A DNA stretch of 64,000 nucleotides from Bacteroidales bacterium (lineage in GTDB: Bacteria; Bacteroidota; Bacteroidia; Bacteroidales; WRLA01). This document shows positions 38,681 to 48,490 of the stretch, one piece after another; the first letter of the stretch is position 1; every line of letters starts with the position of its first letter. The notes below the pieces were generated by a model, which saw nothing but the letters and a program-made list of their open reading frames with translations, was not told the DNA's origin and did no database searches. The DNA lies in NCBI GenBank assembly GCA_965230045.1, contig OZ245940.1, positions 8,058 to 72,057 of the forward strand, in the 5' to 3' direction. Both the position numbers and the translations under genes were made by a program.

Positions 38681-39081
38681 TTTTCGTATTGTTAAGCAAA
38701 GTTATGAACCATTCATTTAGATATAAAGTCCGACAGCTTGTTTTAAAATGGAGTTATGCTTTCAGGGACAATAGAATGCGTTCCGGTCATTGTGACATTA
38801 AATTTATAACGGTTCATTGCTTGTCTCCGGACTACCACAATAGACCTATAAAAACAATCTTGCTCAAAAAAGACAGCGGAAATGGATTTAATAAATTCGT
38901 CTATCTAATTTCTAAGCATATTTTTATGCTGGGAAAGAATAAGTTCGACAGGCTATGCCGTTTCCGGATACATTAGAACCCGACAGGAACGGCATAATGT
39001 AGAATATACGTATTAAATGGGCTCTGCAATAACAAGTTACAGTATTAGAAAATTTAAGAATTGGATTAAATATCTTATAAT

Positions 39082-39282
39082 ATGAAAAAGAAAAAAATAA
39101 AATTGGTTCTTACTAAAAGGACTATATCAAATTTGCAAGATTTTGAAATGAAACGGGTTCTTGGAGGAGAAGAGCCTACGAAAAATGTCACCTGCGCTAC
39201 ATGCATAGAAACTAAATATCCCGCATGTGGATGGTCTGGCTGTTGGGGGCCACGCACTTGTGCAATTACAACTACAGATTAG
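39082..39282 (+). CDS. lanA: Lanthipeptide-type precursor peptide 2 (GG leader, divergent)
   Basis: Leader MKKKKIKLVLTKRTISNLQDFEMKRVLGG. The 37-aa core EEPTKNVTCATCIETKYPACGWSGCWGPRTCAITTTD has 5 Cys and 9 Ser/Thr. Confidence 0.8.
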   Translation: MKKKKIKLVLTKRTISNLQDFEMKRVLGGEEPTKNVTCATCIETKYPACGWSGCWGPRTCAITTTD

Positions 39283-39296
39283 TTATCCTATTTTTG

Positions 39297-39340
39297 ACCT
39301 CCAATTGTGAGTATAATAGTATCACCATTGGAGGTTATTT
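39297..39340 (+). terminator. Hairpin after precursor gene 2
   Basis: ACCTCCAAT...ATTGGAGGT (39297-39335) followed by TATTT. Confidence 0.4.
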
Positions 39341-39393
39341 CTAATGGTGTGATATTGTTTGTGTTTTGATCAATTATATATATTCTAATAGTT

Positions 39394-40758
39394 TTGAAAA
39401 AAAAGATATTTAAATTTTTGTTTACTGCTTTATTAATATCAACAGTACAAGTTGGAGTATTTGGGCAATCTTCTATAATAGTTACAGGTGTTGTTAGAAA
39501 TAATCCTGATGTAAATATCTCAGTTTTAGAAACAAGTTATGGAACTATCACTAATGAAACTGGGCACTACTCTTTGGAGGTTTTTGCAGAAGCTGAGAAA
39601 ACGCAATTACTCTTCTCAAAAATTGGATATAGGGACACAATTGTACAGCTACGAAAAGAAGATATTAATATAGACACAATTTTATTAAATATTACACTAA
39701 ATAAACATTCATACCTCCTTCCGGAATTTAAGGTTAAGTCCAGCCCATATTTTTTCAGTACTTCAAACTCTATTATTCTCGATATTGAATTCATTGATAA
39801 TTTGCTGTTTGTATTAAATCGTAAGCAAAATAGATCCGAGCTTATTTTATTAGACGAAAATGGTAGTGTGCTATCTGTACAGCAGGTTAATAATAAGTAC
39901 AATGAAATTTTTAGAGATTGTTTCGGTAACTATGAATTAATCGGGAATGATTCGTGTTTGCAGTTGCATTATAATTCTTTGGATACGTCATTCAATGCAG
40001 TCGATAAATTTACAACTGCAGCTTTTAATAAAAAAATTAAACCCTTCGTTTTAAACCTTGGTTGTATGTTTCTAACTAAAGATTATTTTGAAAAAAACAG
40101 CGCAATTGTGAGCAAACATCACAACCAGAAAGTTAATTACTATTATATTGACACTTGTAAGCCCGTAAAAAATAAAAAATTACTGGTTAGCTTCTTTGAT
40201 TCTGTGGCTTATAATATTGCTGCCAGTTATTATTCGGATATAATTTCATTGTATTATGCGACAACACCGTCTAGCCAGAATCTTATAGAGTCTGGTGTCT
40301 GGAATGGAAATATTCTAAAGCTTATTAACAATAACCATAGATTGTTTAATTTAATTTCTTGGTACTTGTCAGTAGAAGCCAAGCCTGTTGAAATTGATGT
40401 GTTTGTTGATAACAACGAAATAATTTTTTATAATCATCAGAATTTCACTATCCTCAGATATAATAAATCTTTCGTTCTTATGGATAAAGGGACTGTATTT
40501 ATGCAGAATGGAGTTAAAATAGATAATATTTTGCAAGATGATATAACCGGAACTATATATGCTTCACAACTTAAGAATGGAATTAATTATATTGGTAAAT
40601 TTGATATAAAAAGCGGAAAAGTACGTAAGCAAGTTAAGTCACATACAACTCCATTTCCTAAAATATTCAGAATCCATAATAATGCTGTGTACTGCGTCTA
40701 CTATGATAGTATTAAAAGAAGAAGTACTGTTATCAGAAAGTCACTATATGAAAGATAA
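39394..40758 (+). CDS. Secreted protein X2 (divergent paralog of X1/X3)
   Basis: Same length class and architecture. It has a signal peptide and VTGVVRNNPDVNISVLETSYGTITNETGHYSL (CarboxypepD_reg-like). The C-terminus ...IHNNAVYCVYYDS...VIRKSLYE parallels ...VYNNTIYYLYQKI...LYRMYIN. The start codon is TTG or a nearby alternative. Confidence 0.55.
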   Translation: MKKKIFKFLFTALLISTVQVGVFGQSSIIVTGVVRNNPDVNISVLETSYGTITNETGHYSLEVFAEAEKTQLLFSKIGYRDTIVQLRKEDINIDTILLNITLNKHSYLLPEFKVKSSPYFFSTSNSIILDIEFIDNLLFVLNRKQNRSELILLDENGSVLSVQQVNNKYNEIFRDCFGNYELIGNDSCLQLHYNSLDTSFNAVDKFTTAAFNKKIKPFVLNLGCMFLTKDYFEKNSAIVSKHHNQKVNYYYIDTCKPVKNKKLLVSFFDSVAYNIAASYYSDIISLYYATTPSSQNLIESGVWNGNILKLINNNHRLFNLISWYLSVEAKPVEIDVFVDNNEIIFYNHQNFTILRYNKSFVLMDKGTVFMQNGVKIDNILQDDITGTIYASQLKNGINYIGKFDIKSGKVRKQVKSHTTPFPKIFRIHNNAVYCVYYDSIKRRSTVIRKSLYER

Positions 40759-40765
40759 TAAAATT

Positions 40766-41496
40766 ATGAAAATTCTTTTGGATAAGAAGTTAGATGAAAT
40801 TTCTAGGGTCTTATTGAACTCAAATTTAACAATAACACAATCAGAAAATTTGCTTGGTGACAAATCAGGTATTGCTCTTTTCTTGTTCCAATATAGCCAA
40901 TTTAAAAATGAAGCAAAATATTACGACTTTGCTTATGAAATACTTGAAAGCATTGCCAATGTATATCGCGAAAATCAAATTTTACCAACTTCAATATCAA
41001 AATTTGAATGGTTACTATTGTATCTGGAGAAACAAGGAATTATTGATTTAGATATTGAAAATATTCATGAAGATATCGACTATCATTTATACGAAGTCGC
41101 AAATGCTTGTCTTCAAAAGTATGGTTATGATTTTTTGCACGGAGCTTTAGGTATTGTGCTTTATTTTTTGAAAAAAAATGATGATCTAACCAGTAATTTC
41201 ATATTTAATCTCATTAATACTCTAGAGCTAGTTTCTGATAAGACTCAAAGTAATATTGTTAAATGGCTTTCCGTTATTGATTATAAAACAAGTGAAACGG
41301 CATACAATATCAGCATGTCGCACGGTCTGGCAAGCATTATCGCTATGCTGAGCAAGATATACAAACAGGGAATTAATCAGGATAAAACGAAGTACTTACT
41401 TGAAGGAGCCGTGAATTATCTGCTGCAACAAAAATTGCCCAATGGCAAGTATATTTCTGTTTTCCCAAACTTTGCCATAGAAAGCATGAAAAATTT
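40766..41496 (+). pseudogene. lanC: lanC2, 5' fragment (interrupted by IS66)
   Basis: The N-terminal about 180 codons are divergent. From about 41300 (YNISMSHGLASII...) the sequence is nearly nucleotide-identical to lanC1. The frame is cut after ...ESMKNL by the IS end GTAAGCC. Confidence 0.85.
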
Positions 41497-41565
41497 GTAA
41501 GCCTTCAGCAAAAGGCATATTGCACAAGCTTTTAAAGCTTCCGTTCTTTGCTGCAAAAAAGCAAT

Positions 41566-41853
41566 ATGCAAAAAGAACAAAGAAGAGCAGAGATGAAAAC
41601 ACTGGTGGATCAATGGCATACCAGTGGCCAAAGCAAAAGATCCTTTGCCGAATCACACAAAATCTGCTATCACACTTTCCTTTATTGGTATCATAAATTT
41701 GAACAGGAAGAAAGCTTGCCTGATGGCCATGGGTTCATTGAGCTTTCCGGGACTCCAGCTGCAGGGATTATCATCCGTTATCCCAATGGTATCGAGCTCA
41801 ACCTTCCGGGCAATGTGCCCTTGTCCTATCTCAAATCGCTCACCGGCCAATAA
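41566..41853 (+). CDS. tnpA: IS66 accessory protein TnpA
   Basis: Small HTH-like protein in the first position of the IS66 operon. Its stop overlaps the tnpB start (TAATG). Confidence 0.7.
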   Translation: MQKEQRRAEMKTLVDQWHTSGQSKRSFAESHKICYHTFLYWYHKFEQEESLPDGHGFIELSGTPAAGIIIRYPNGIELNLPGNVPLSYLKSLTGQ

Positions 41854-42218
41854 TGTTCAGCTTAACAGCCAGCCGCTATTACCTGTACCGCCAGCCCACC
41901 GATATGCGCAAGAGCTTTGATGGGCTGTATGGCATTGTGCGCAACAAACTGGACAAAAACCCAATGAGCGGTGATGTTTTCCTGTTCATCAACAAAAAGC
42001 GCGACCGCATAAAACTGCTGCGCTGGGAAAGCGGAGGTTTTGTGCTGTTCTACAAAAGGCTCGAAAAAGGCACTTTTCACCTGCCGGACACATCTGCTGC
42101 GCACGCCTCCCACCAGCTGATCGACTACCCTGAACTTGTAATGATAATCAATGGTATTTCCATGAAAAATGCAAGGAAATACCCACGTTTTTTCCCACAT
42201 GAAAATGTTGGTAAATAG
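41853..42218 (+). CDS. tnpB: IS66 Orf2 (TnpB)
   Basis: ...YLYRQPTDMRKSFDGLYGIV...GDVFLFINKKRDRIKLLRWESGGFVLFYKRLEKGTF is the hallmark IS66 TnpB pattern. Confidence 0.85.
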   Translation: MFSLTASRYYLYRQPTDMRKSFDGLYGIVRNKLDKNPMSGDVFLFINKKRDRIKLLRWESGGFVLFYKRLEKGTFHLPDTSAAHASHQLIDYPELVMIINGISMKNARKYPRFFPHENVGK

Positions 42219-42265
42219 CGCTTAAAATATAGTCAGCCAAGAGGTTACTTCCGTATCTTTGCCTC

Positions 42266-43720
42266 ATGGCAAGTCAGGAAAATATAACTATATCAAAAGC
42301 GGAATATGATGCAATGCAACAGAAAATATTCCTGCTTCAGCATGAACTTGTCCAGTTGAGGCGTGCGATCTATGGAGCCAAAAGCGAACGGCATATCGCG
42401 GCAGACCCCAACCAGGGCGTGCTTTTTGACGTGCCTGCACAGGAGAAAGAGCCGGAAAAGGAGCAGATCAGCTATACGCGCAATAAAAAGCAGTCCAAAA
42501 AACAGCCCGTGCGCTTAGAACTGCCCGCCCACCTGCCGCGCCATGAAATCATCATCGAACCCCAAAACCTGCCCAAAGGCGCCCATAGGGTCAACGTAAA
42601 AATCACCGAAGTACTTGATTATGTGCCCGGGACTTTTCGTGTGATCCGTTATATACGTCCTTATTATGCCGTAGCAGGCCAGGGCGAAAGCACCCAAATG
42701 ATTTGTGCAGAACTACCTTCGCGCGCCTTGTTCAAAAGCAATGCCTCAGAAGGCCTGCTCTCTTATGTGACTGTCAGCAAATTTGTTGACCACCTGCCAT
42801 TCTACCGCCTTGTCAAGATGTTCAAGCGCATGGGGATCGAAATAGCCGAATCAACAATAAACGGCTGGTTTAGCGGGGTTTGCAGATTGCTTGAGCCGCT
42901 TTACGATGCCCTGAAAAAAGAAATCATGAGGACCGATTACCTGATGGCAGACGAAACGCCTATAAAGGTATTGACCAAAGACAAGCCCGGGGCATCGCAC
43001 AAAGGGTATCACTGGGTTTATTACGACCCGCTTAAAAAACTGGCCCTGTTCGATTACCGGAAAGGCCGCGGGCGGGAAGGCCCGGATGAGATGCTGGAAA
43101 ACTATAGTGGATATTTGCAAACCGATGGCTACACCGCTTACGACAACCTAAAAAACAAAGCCGAAATCACCCAATTGGCCTGCATGGCGCATGCACGCAG
43201 GTATTTTGAGAAAGCCAAGGACAATGATGCTGCACGCAGTGAATATGCGCTGGGGCAGATAAGAAAACTGTATGCCATTGAACGTCAGGCAAGTGAGCAA
43301 GAGCTACAGCCGGAGGAGGTCAAAGCATTGCGGCAAAAGGAATCAATGCCCATATTGAACGAAATGGAAAGCTGGCTTAAGGAAGAAGTTTATAAAGTAG
43401 CGCCCAAAAGCGCAATCGGCAAAGCCATAGCTTACAGCCTGAAATTATGGGGGCGCCTGATCCGTTATATTGAAGACGGAAGGCTGCGCATTGACAACAA
43501 CCTGGTTGAAAACAGCATCAGGCCGGTAGCCATAGGGCGCAAGAATTACCTGTTTGCGGGTTCGCACAATGCAGCCCAGCACGCGGCTATGATCTACTCC
43601 TTTTTTGCCAGCTGCAAAATCCAAAATGTCGAACCCTTCGAGTGGCTCAAGCAAACATTAGAAAAAATCCAGGAACACCCAGCCAACAAGCTCCATCAAC
43701 TCCTGCCCGGACAGATTTAA
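42266..43720 (+). CDS. tnpC: IS66-family DDE transposase (TnpC)
   Basis: N-terminal coiled-coil/zipper, ...YLMADETPIKVL...HKGYHWVY...GYLQTDGYTAYD...CMAHARRYF...RIDNNLVENSIRPVAIGRKNYLFAGS. Confidence 0.9.
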   Translation: MASQENITISKAEYDAMQQKIFLLQHELVQLRRAIYGAKSERHIAADPNQGVLFDVPAQEKEPEKEQISYTRNKKQSKKQPVRLELPAHLPRHEIIIEPQNLPKGAHRVNVKITEVLDYVPGTFRVIRYIRPYYAVAGQGESTQMICAELPSRALFKSNASEGLLSYVTVSKFVDHLPFYRLVKMFKRMGIEIAESTINGWFSGVCRLLEPLYDALKKEIMRTDYLMADETPIKVLTKDKPGASHKGYHWVYYDPLKKLALFDYRKGRGREGPDEMLENYSGYLQTDGYTAYDNLKNKAEITQLACMAHARRYFEKAKDNDAARSEYALGQIRKLYAIERQASEQELQPEEVKALRQKESMPILNEMESWLKEEVYKVAPKSAIGKAIAYSLKLWGRLIRYIEDGRLRIDNNLVENSIRPVAIGRKNYLFAGSHNAAQHAAMIYSFFASCKIQNVEPFEWLKQTLEKIQEHPANKLHQLLPGQI

Positions 43721-43771
43721 AACATTATCCGGTTATATGCAAGATGCTGTTCGCCGTAGGCTTACAAAAAT

Positions 43772-44224
43772 TTGGCCCCGAGCCGTCTTGCCTGGTGCTA
43801 TGGAGATCTCGGCATTTCAGTGGCAATTTGGCATGCATCACAGGCGCTTGGGCGAAAAGATTGGGAAGAAGAAGCCATTAACATTCTGCTCCACTCTGCC
43901 CAGCGAAGGGATTTGAAAGAAAACAGCGTAATAGATGCAGGGCTTTGCCATGGTACAGCTGGCATTGCACATATTTATAACCGTATGTATGGCTATACGG
44001 GTGTTGAAGAACTAAAAGAAGCTTCTGAATACTGGTTCGGCCAAACCCTTAAAATGGCACGCTTTGAGGATGGTTTGGCGGGCTACAAGGCCTGGCATGG
44101 GCTTGATAAAGGATGGATAAACGAACCTGGACTGCTGGAAGGAATTGCCGGCATTGGTCTTGCCATGATTTCTGCTGTTTCGGATATAGAGCCTGCATGG
44201 GACGAATGTTTGTTGTTAAGTTAG
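43772..44224 (+). pseudogene. lanC: lanC2, 3' fragment
   Basis: It continues lanC2 in frame after the TSD (APSRLAWCYGDLG...CHGTAGI...ECLLLS). It is nearly identical to the 3' parts of lanC1 and lanC3. Confidence 0.85.
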
Positions 44225-44275
44225 ACTGAGATACTGAAGGCGCTGGCAGGAACTCCGAAATATGCTAAACCAATA

Positions 44276-44377
44276 AACCACTCATTTATAAAAATGAACC
44301 GTTCATCCCATAAAACATACCGTTTATCAAATAAAACGACCATTTGAATAAAAACTTAATATGAATACATACCTTTG
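44276..44377 (+). promoter_or_regulatory. Phased direct repeats plus -7 box, cassette 3
   Basis: AACCACTCAT, AACCGTTCAT, TACCGTTTAT and GACCATTTGA occur at the same spacing, with TACCTTTG at 44370-44377. The block is preceded by a lytTR 3'-end copy (GAAGGCGCTGGCAGGAACTCCGAAATATGCTAAACCAATAA). Confidence 0.5.
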
Positions 44378-44778
44378 TTTTTGTATTATTAAGCTAAGAT
44401 ATGAACCATTCATTTAGATATAAAGTCCGACTGCCTGTACTGAAATGGAATGATGCTTTCAGGAACAATAGAATGTGTTCCGGTCATTATGACATTAAAT
44501 TTATAACGGACCATTGCTTGTCTCCGGACTACCACAATAGACTTATAAGAACAATCTTGCTCAAAAAAGACAGCGGAAATGGATTCAGCGAATTTGTCTA
44601 TCTAATTTCTAACCGTATTTTTATGCTGGGAAAGAATAAGTTCGACAGGCTATGCCGTTTCCGGATACACCAGAACCCGACCGAAACGGCATAATGTAGA
44701 ATAAACGTATTAAATGGGTTCTGCAATAACAAGTTACAGTATTAGAAAATTTAAGAATTGGATTAAAAATCTTATAAT

Positions 44779-45003
44779 ATGAAAAAGAAAAAATTAAGTT
44801 TAAATAAAGTTAAAGTTGCAAAGCTGCAAGATACCAAGATGAATAATGTTATTGGAGGGAATTTGGCTGAACCAACCGATACATGTCGTGAAACAGAGCT
44901 TACCTGTATACTAACTTGTCTAGATCCTAACTCATTGGATGTATGCGAAACATCAAGTCCTTGTTTTACTCATTGGACCGATTGTAATACTTGTTGGTGT
45001 TAA
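44779..45003 (+). CDS. lanA: Lanthipeptide-type precursor peptide 3 (leader identical to peptide 1)
   Basis: The 27-aa leader is identical to peptide 1. The 47-aa core has 8 Cys and 12 Ser/Thr and diverges from peptide 1 mainly in its C-terminal third (...SSPCFTHWTDCNTCWC). Confidence 0.8.
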   Translation: MKKKKLSLNKVKVAKLQDTKMNNVIGGNLAEPTDTCRETELTCILTCLDPNSLDVCETSSPCFTHWTDCNTCWC

Positions 45004-45019
45004 TGAAATATAGTAATTA

Positions 45020-45044
45020 GGGTGTCCATAAAGGGCGCCCTTTT
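45020..45044 (+). terminator. Hairpin plus T4 after precursor gene 3
   Basis: GGGTGTCC-ataaa-GGGCGCCC followed by TTTT. The two A-to-G changes relative to cassette 1 keep pairing only as G-U in plus-strand RNA. Confidence 0.45.
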
Positions 45045-45060
45045 ACAATATCAATATTAG

Positions 45061-46401
45061 ATGAAAAAATTATATTTATTATTAGTAATACTATCTGCGC
45101 ATCAATTACTTTTCTCACAAAACAATTCCGTTGTGAAAGGAACCGTAATTGAAGAAAATACCGGGCAACCACTTGCCAATGTAGCCATCCAGATTTGGCC
45201 GGGCAGCAAATTCGGAAGCATAAGCGACAAAGAAGGAAGGTTTAAAATCAACACAGACAGAGATAGCATAACATTGAAGTTCTCTCACATCTCATCCAAA
45301 CCGAAACTGCTAAAAATCAATATCAAAACCGTTTCAGATTCCAATCTGGTGGTTACATTAATGCCATTTTCATACACCCTTGATGCAGTGGAAATTAGCG
45401 AAGAAAAATATGAAACGATCTATAAAAAACCCAACCAATCGGTTATTGATTATGAAATTTATAATCACCGCATCTACTTCCTGCTGAAAGATTACGCCAA
45501 TATGAAATACCAGCTGATTTCGGTAGATGAAAACCTTAGAGACACAATCTACAGTAGCCCTCCCGGCAAGCCCCGGGGAATTATTATTGATTTTTATGGC
45601 AACCTGGATATTGTTTCAAAATCGAATTCTGTTTATCAGATTATTATTGAAAACGATCAAATAAACTATCTGGAACCCTTCAATTATTCAAAGCTCAAGA
45701 AAGTAAACGAACTGTACGATTTTAAGATTGATAGCAATTATTATTTTTCTGAGTTCCAAACAAAAATAAAAGACATAATTAATTATGGAAAAATTAATAG
45801 AGGAAGTAAGAATATTTTCTATTCACTATTTGATGAGGATAAGATAAACTATTTTTATGATGAGATGAGATTTTTGGGATTGTTTAATAAGTGTTATTCA
45901 GCTCCACCTGGAGAAAAAAGAAGGGATATAGTTACAAAGCTTTATGACAGGCAAGAGATAAACTTCACTGTAAACTTTATGTATAACCACATTTCAAACG
46001 CCTATTTTCATATAAAGGACAGTATATACATTATAGATAATATCAATAACAAGCTATTGAAGTTTGATAAAAACGGCAAGCTCGTCTCAGAGCTCAACAT
46101 AACACACATCCATGACGATGAAAAAGCTTACAAGCTTTTGGAAAGAGAAGAAGGGCGGATATGGAAAGACAAGGCATTGATAGACAATTGCAATAATGAA
46201 AAAGCATATTTTTTATGGAAAGAGGGTGCAAAAACCGATCTATACAGCCTTGACCTTAGCGGTGGAGAGATCTCATTTATTGAAACACTGCCCCATGTTT
46301 TCCCCATTAAAATAAAGGTGTATAACAACACCATTTATTATTTATACCAGAAAATTGGCAACAGCAGGAATTATGGGCTTTATAGAATGTATATAAATTA
46401 A
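45061..46401 (+). CDS. Secreted protein X3 (paralog of X1)
   Basis: It is collinear with X1. The N- and C-terminal thirds are near-identical, and the central segment (about 45790-46050) is strongly divergent. Confidence 0.6.
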   Translation: MKKLYLLLVILSAHQLLFSQNNSVVKGTVIEENTGQPLANVAIQIWPGSKFGSISDKEGRFKINTDRDSITLKFSHISSKPKLLKINIKTVSDSNLVVTLMPFSYTLDAVEISEEKYETIYKKPNQSVIDYEIYNHRIYFLLKDYANMKYQLISVDENLRDTIYSSPPGKPRGIIIDFYGNLDIVSKSNSVYQIIIENDQINYLEPFNYSKLKKVNELYDFKIDSNYYFSEFQTKIKDIINYGKINRGSKNIFYSLFDEDKINYFYDEMRFLGLFNKCYSAPPGEKRRDIVTKLYDRQEINFTVNFMYNHISNAYFHIKDSIYIIDNINNKLLKFDKNGKLVSELNITHIHDDEKAYKLLEREEGRIWKDKALIDNCNNEKAYFLWKEGAKTDLYSLDLSGGEISFIETLPHVFPIKIKVYNNTIYYLYQKIGNSRNYGLYRMYIN

Positions 46402-46411
46402 AAATGAATTG

Positions 46412-47584
46412 ATGAATGTGGATTTGCTATTAAAAAAAGTGTACGAATCATTGTCGTCTGTAAATGAGGTAAGTGTTCATGGATTTTATTCTGATACTTC
46501 GGGAATCTCCCTTTTCCTTTTTTATTATTCCTTAATGCTAAATGATGAAAAGTGTTACAATAAAGCGGTAATGCTTCTTGAAAAAACTTTGATGTCTTAT
46601 TACCAAACCAGAATTGCGCCTTCTGACATTGCCAGATTGGGTTGGCTTTTACTAAATCTTGATAGTAATGATTTTTTAGAGACTGATATTAATGAATTGA
46701 TTGATAAGAGTGTGAATAAAGTTTTATTCGAAAAAGTTTTGGATTATCTAAAAAATGACAATTACGACTTCTTGCATGGTGCACTTGGTATCATTCAGTA
46801 CTTTTTGAGCAAAAATGATATAGAAAGTCGGTTCTATGTTTCAGAATTTGTTGATGAATTTGCAGAAAAGGCAGAAAGGGCAAAAGATAATGAGCTGAAA
46901 TGGCTGTCAACATTAGACATCAGAACAAAAACAAAAGGCTATAATATTAGCATGTCGCACGGTCTGGCAAGCATTATCGCTATGCTGAGCAAGATATACA
47001 AACAGGGAATTAATCAGAATAAAACAAAGTACTTACTTGAAGGAGCCATGAATTATCTGCTGCAACAAAAATTGCCCAATGGCAAGTATATTTCTGTTTT
47101 CCCAAACTTTGCCATAGAAAGCATGAAAAATTTGGCCCCGAGCCGTCTTGCCTGGTGTTATGGCGATCTTGGCATTTCTGTAGCAATATGGCATGCCTCA
47201 CAAGCCCTGGGGCGAAAGGATTGGGAAGAAGAAGCCATTAGAATTCTACTCCATTCTGCCCGTCGAAGGGATTTGAAAGAAAACAGCGTAATAGATGCAG
47301 GGCTTTGCCATGGTACAGCTGGCATTGCACATATTTATAACCGTATGTATGGCTATACGGGTGTTGAAGAACTAAAAGAAGCTTCTGAATACTGGTTCGG
47401 CCAAACCCTTAAAATGGCACGCTTTGAGGATGGTTTGGCGGGTTACAAGGCCTGGCATGGGCTTGATAAAGGATGGAAAAATGAACCGGGACTACTGGAA
47501 GGAATCGCAGGCATTGGTCTTGCCATGATTTCTGCTGTTTCGGATATAGAACCTGCATGGGACGAATGTTTGTTGTTAAGTTAG
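46412..47584 (+). CDS. lanC: LanC-like lanthipeptide cyclase 3
   Basis: Near-identical to lanC1, with the same HG / WCYG / CHG motifs. Confidence 0.85.
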   Translation: MNVDLLLKKVYESLSSVNEVSVHGFYSDTSGISLFLFYYSLMLNDEKCYNKAVMLLEKTLMSYYQTRIAPSDIARLGWLLLNLDSNDFLETDINELIDKSVNKVLFEKVLDYLKNDNYDFLHGALGIIQYFLSKNDIESRFYVSEFVDEFAEKAERAKDNELKWLSTLDIRTKTKGYNISMSHGLASIIAMLSKIYKQGINQNKTKYLLEGAMNYLLQQKLPNGKYISVFPNFAIESMKNLAPSRLAWCYGDLGISVAIWHASQALGRKDWEEEAIRILLHSARRRDLKENSVIDAGLCHGTAGIAHIYNRMYGYTGVEELKEASEYWFGQTLKMARFEDGLAGYKAWHGLDKGWKNEPGLLEGIAGIGLAMISAVSDIEPAWDECLLLS

Positions 47585-47590
47585 ATTTGT

Positions 47591-48490
47591 ATGGATGATA
47601 TCATGCTTTATAAGCCTTTTAATAAGTACATTTTGCGTACCCCCACCTTTCCTTTAAGTTTTGTTTGTGAGTTAACTTCAGGGGATGAAATTAGAGAAGC
47701 AGAGTTAAAACATATTTTTGCTGATCCTCTTGTTCAAGAGGCTGTATTTATCGCCTCACAACCTCTGTATCATGAAATGGAAAAATGGCTACAGGACGAT
47801 ACGGCAAAGGACAGAAAAGGGAAAAGAAAGAATGAAAAACTTAAAGAAAGCCTGCTGCGTTATTTGTTTCGTATGTCCACGCGATGCACTCCTTTTGGCA
47901 TGTTTGCAGGCTTTTCCGCAGGATCTTTTAGTGATATTAGTAAAATCGAGCTTAAATCTAAAATAGATTGTGTTTGTCATACCCGTTTGGATATGAATTA
48001 TTTGTGTGCTTTGGCATTTGATTTATCAAAAAACAGAGATATTAGAAAGCATCTAAAATTTTCACCAAACTCAAGTATATATAAAATCGGCAATCAAATC
48101 AGATATGTCGAGTATTACTATGTAAACAGTCATCGTAAACATCATATTGTTGCTGTCGATAATTCGGAATATATTACTGCTGTATTGCAAAAGGCCATTA
48201 AAGGAGAAAGGATTGACAATCTTTCCGAAATACTGGTGGATGAAGAGATTTCAATGAATGATGCCGTATCATTTGTTAACGAAATGATTGACGAACAACT
48301 CCTGATAAGTGAATTGGAACCACGTGTTACAGGAGCTGATTTTCTTGTTCAAATAATAGAAATCCTTTCCAGGATGCCCCAAGATTCCGGGATTTCTACC
48401 GTACTAAAAAACCTTGTACAAATTTACAAGGAATTAAATCAACTCAAACAGCTACCCCCGTTCCCGCGCGTGTCCTCACGCGTGGCTTAG
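47591..48490 (+). pseudogene. lanB: Lanthipeptide dehydratase LanB, N-terminal about 290 codons only (truncated)
   Basis: ...YKPFNKYILRTPTFPL...LLRYLFRMSTRCTPFGMFAGFSAG...HTRLDMNYL... resembles the start of the Lant_dehydr_N domain. Homology stops where the hairpin element begins (about 48450). Full-length glutamylation domains are several-fold longer. Confidence 0.7.

Larger units (their letters stand above)
41497..43765 (+). mobile_element. IS66-family insertion sequence with an 8-bp target-site duplication
   Basis: Ends are GTAAGCCT.../...AGGCTTAC, with about 30-bp imperfect TIRs. AAAAATTT is duplicated at 41489-41496 and 43766-43773. Removing the IS plus one TSD copy restores the lanC1 sequence ...CATGAAAAATTTGGCCCC.... 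It has the three-ORF tnpA-tnpB-tnpC layout. Confidence 0.9.

Noticed and set aside
43772-44224. The 150-aa ORF might be an independent small LanC-like gene.
   Set aside because: It is the in-frame continuation of lanC2 once the IS66 and one copy of the 8-bp target duplication are removed.
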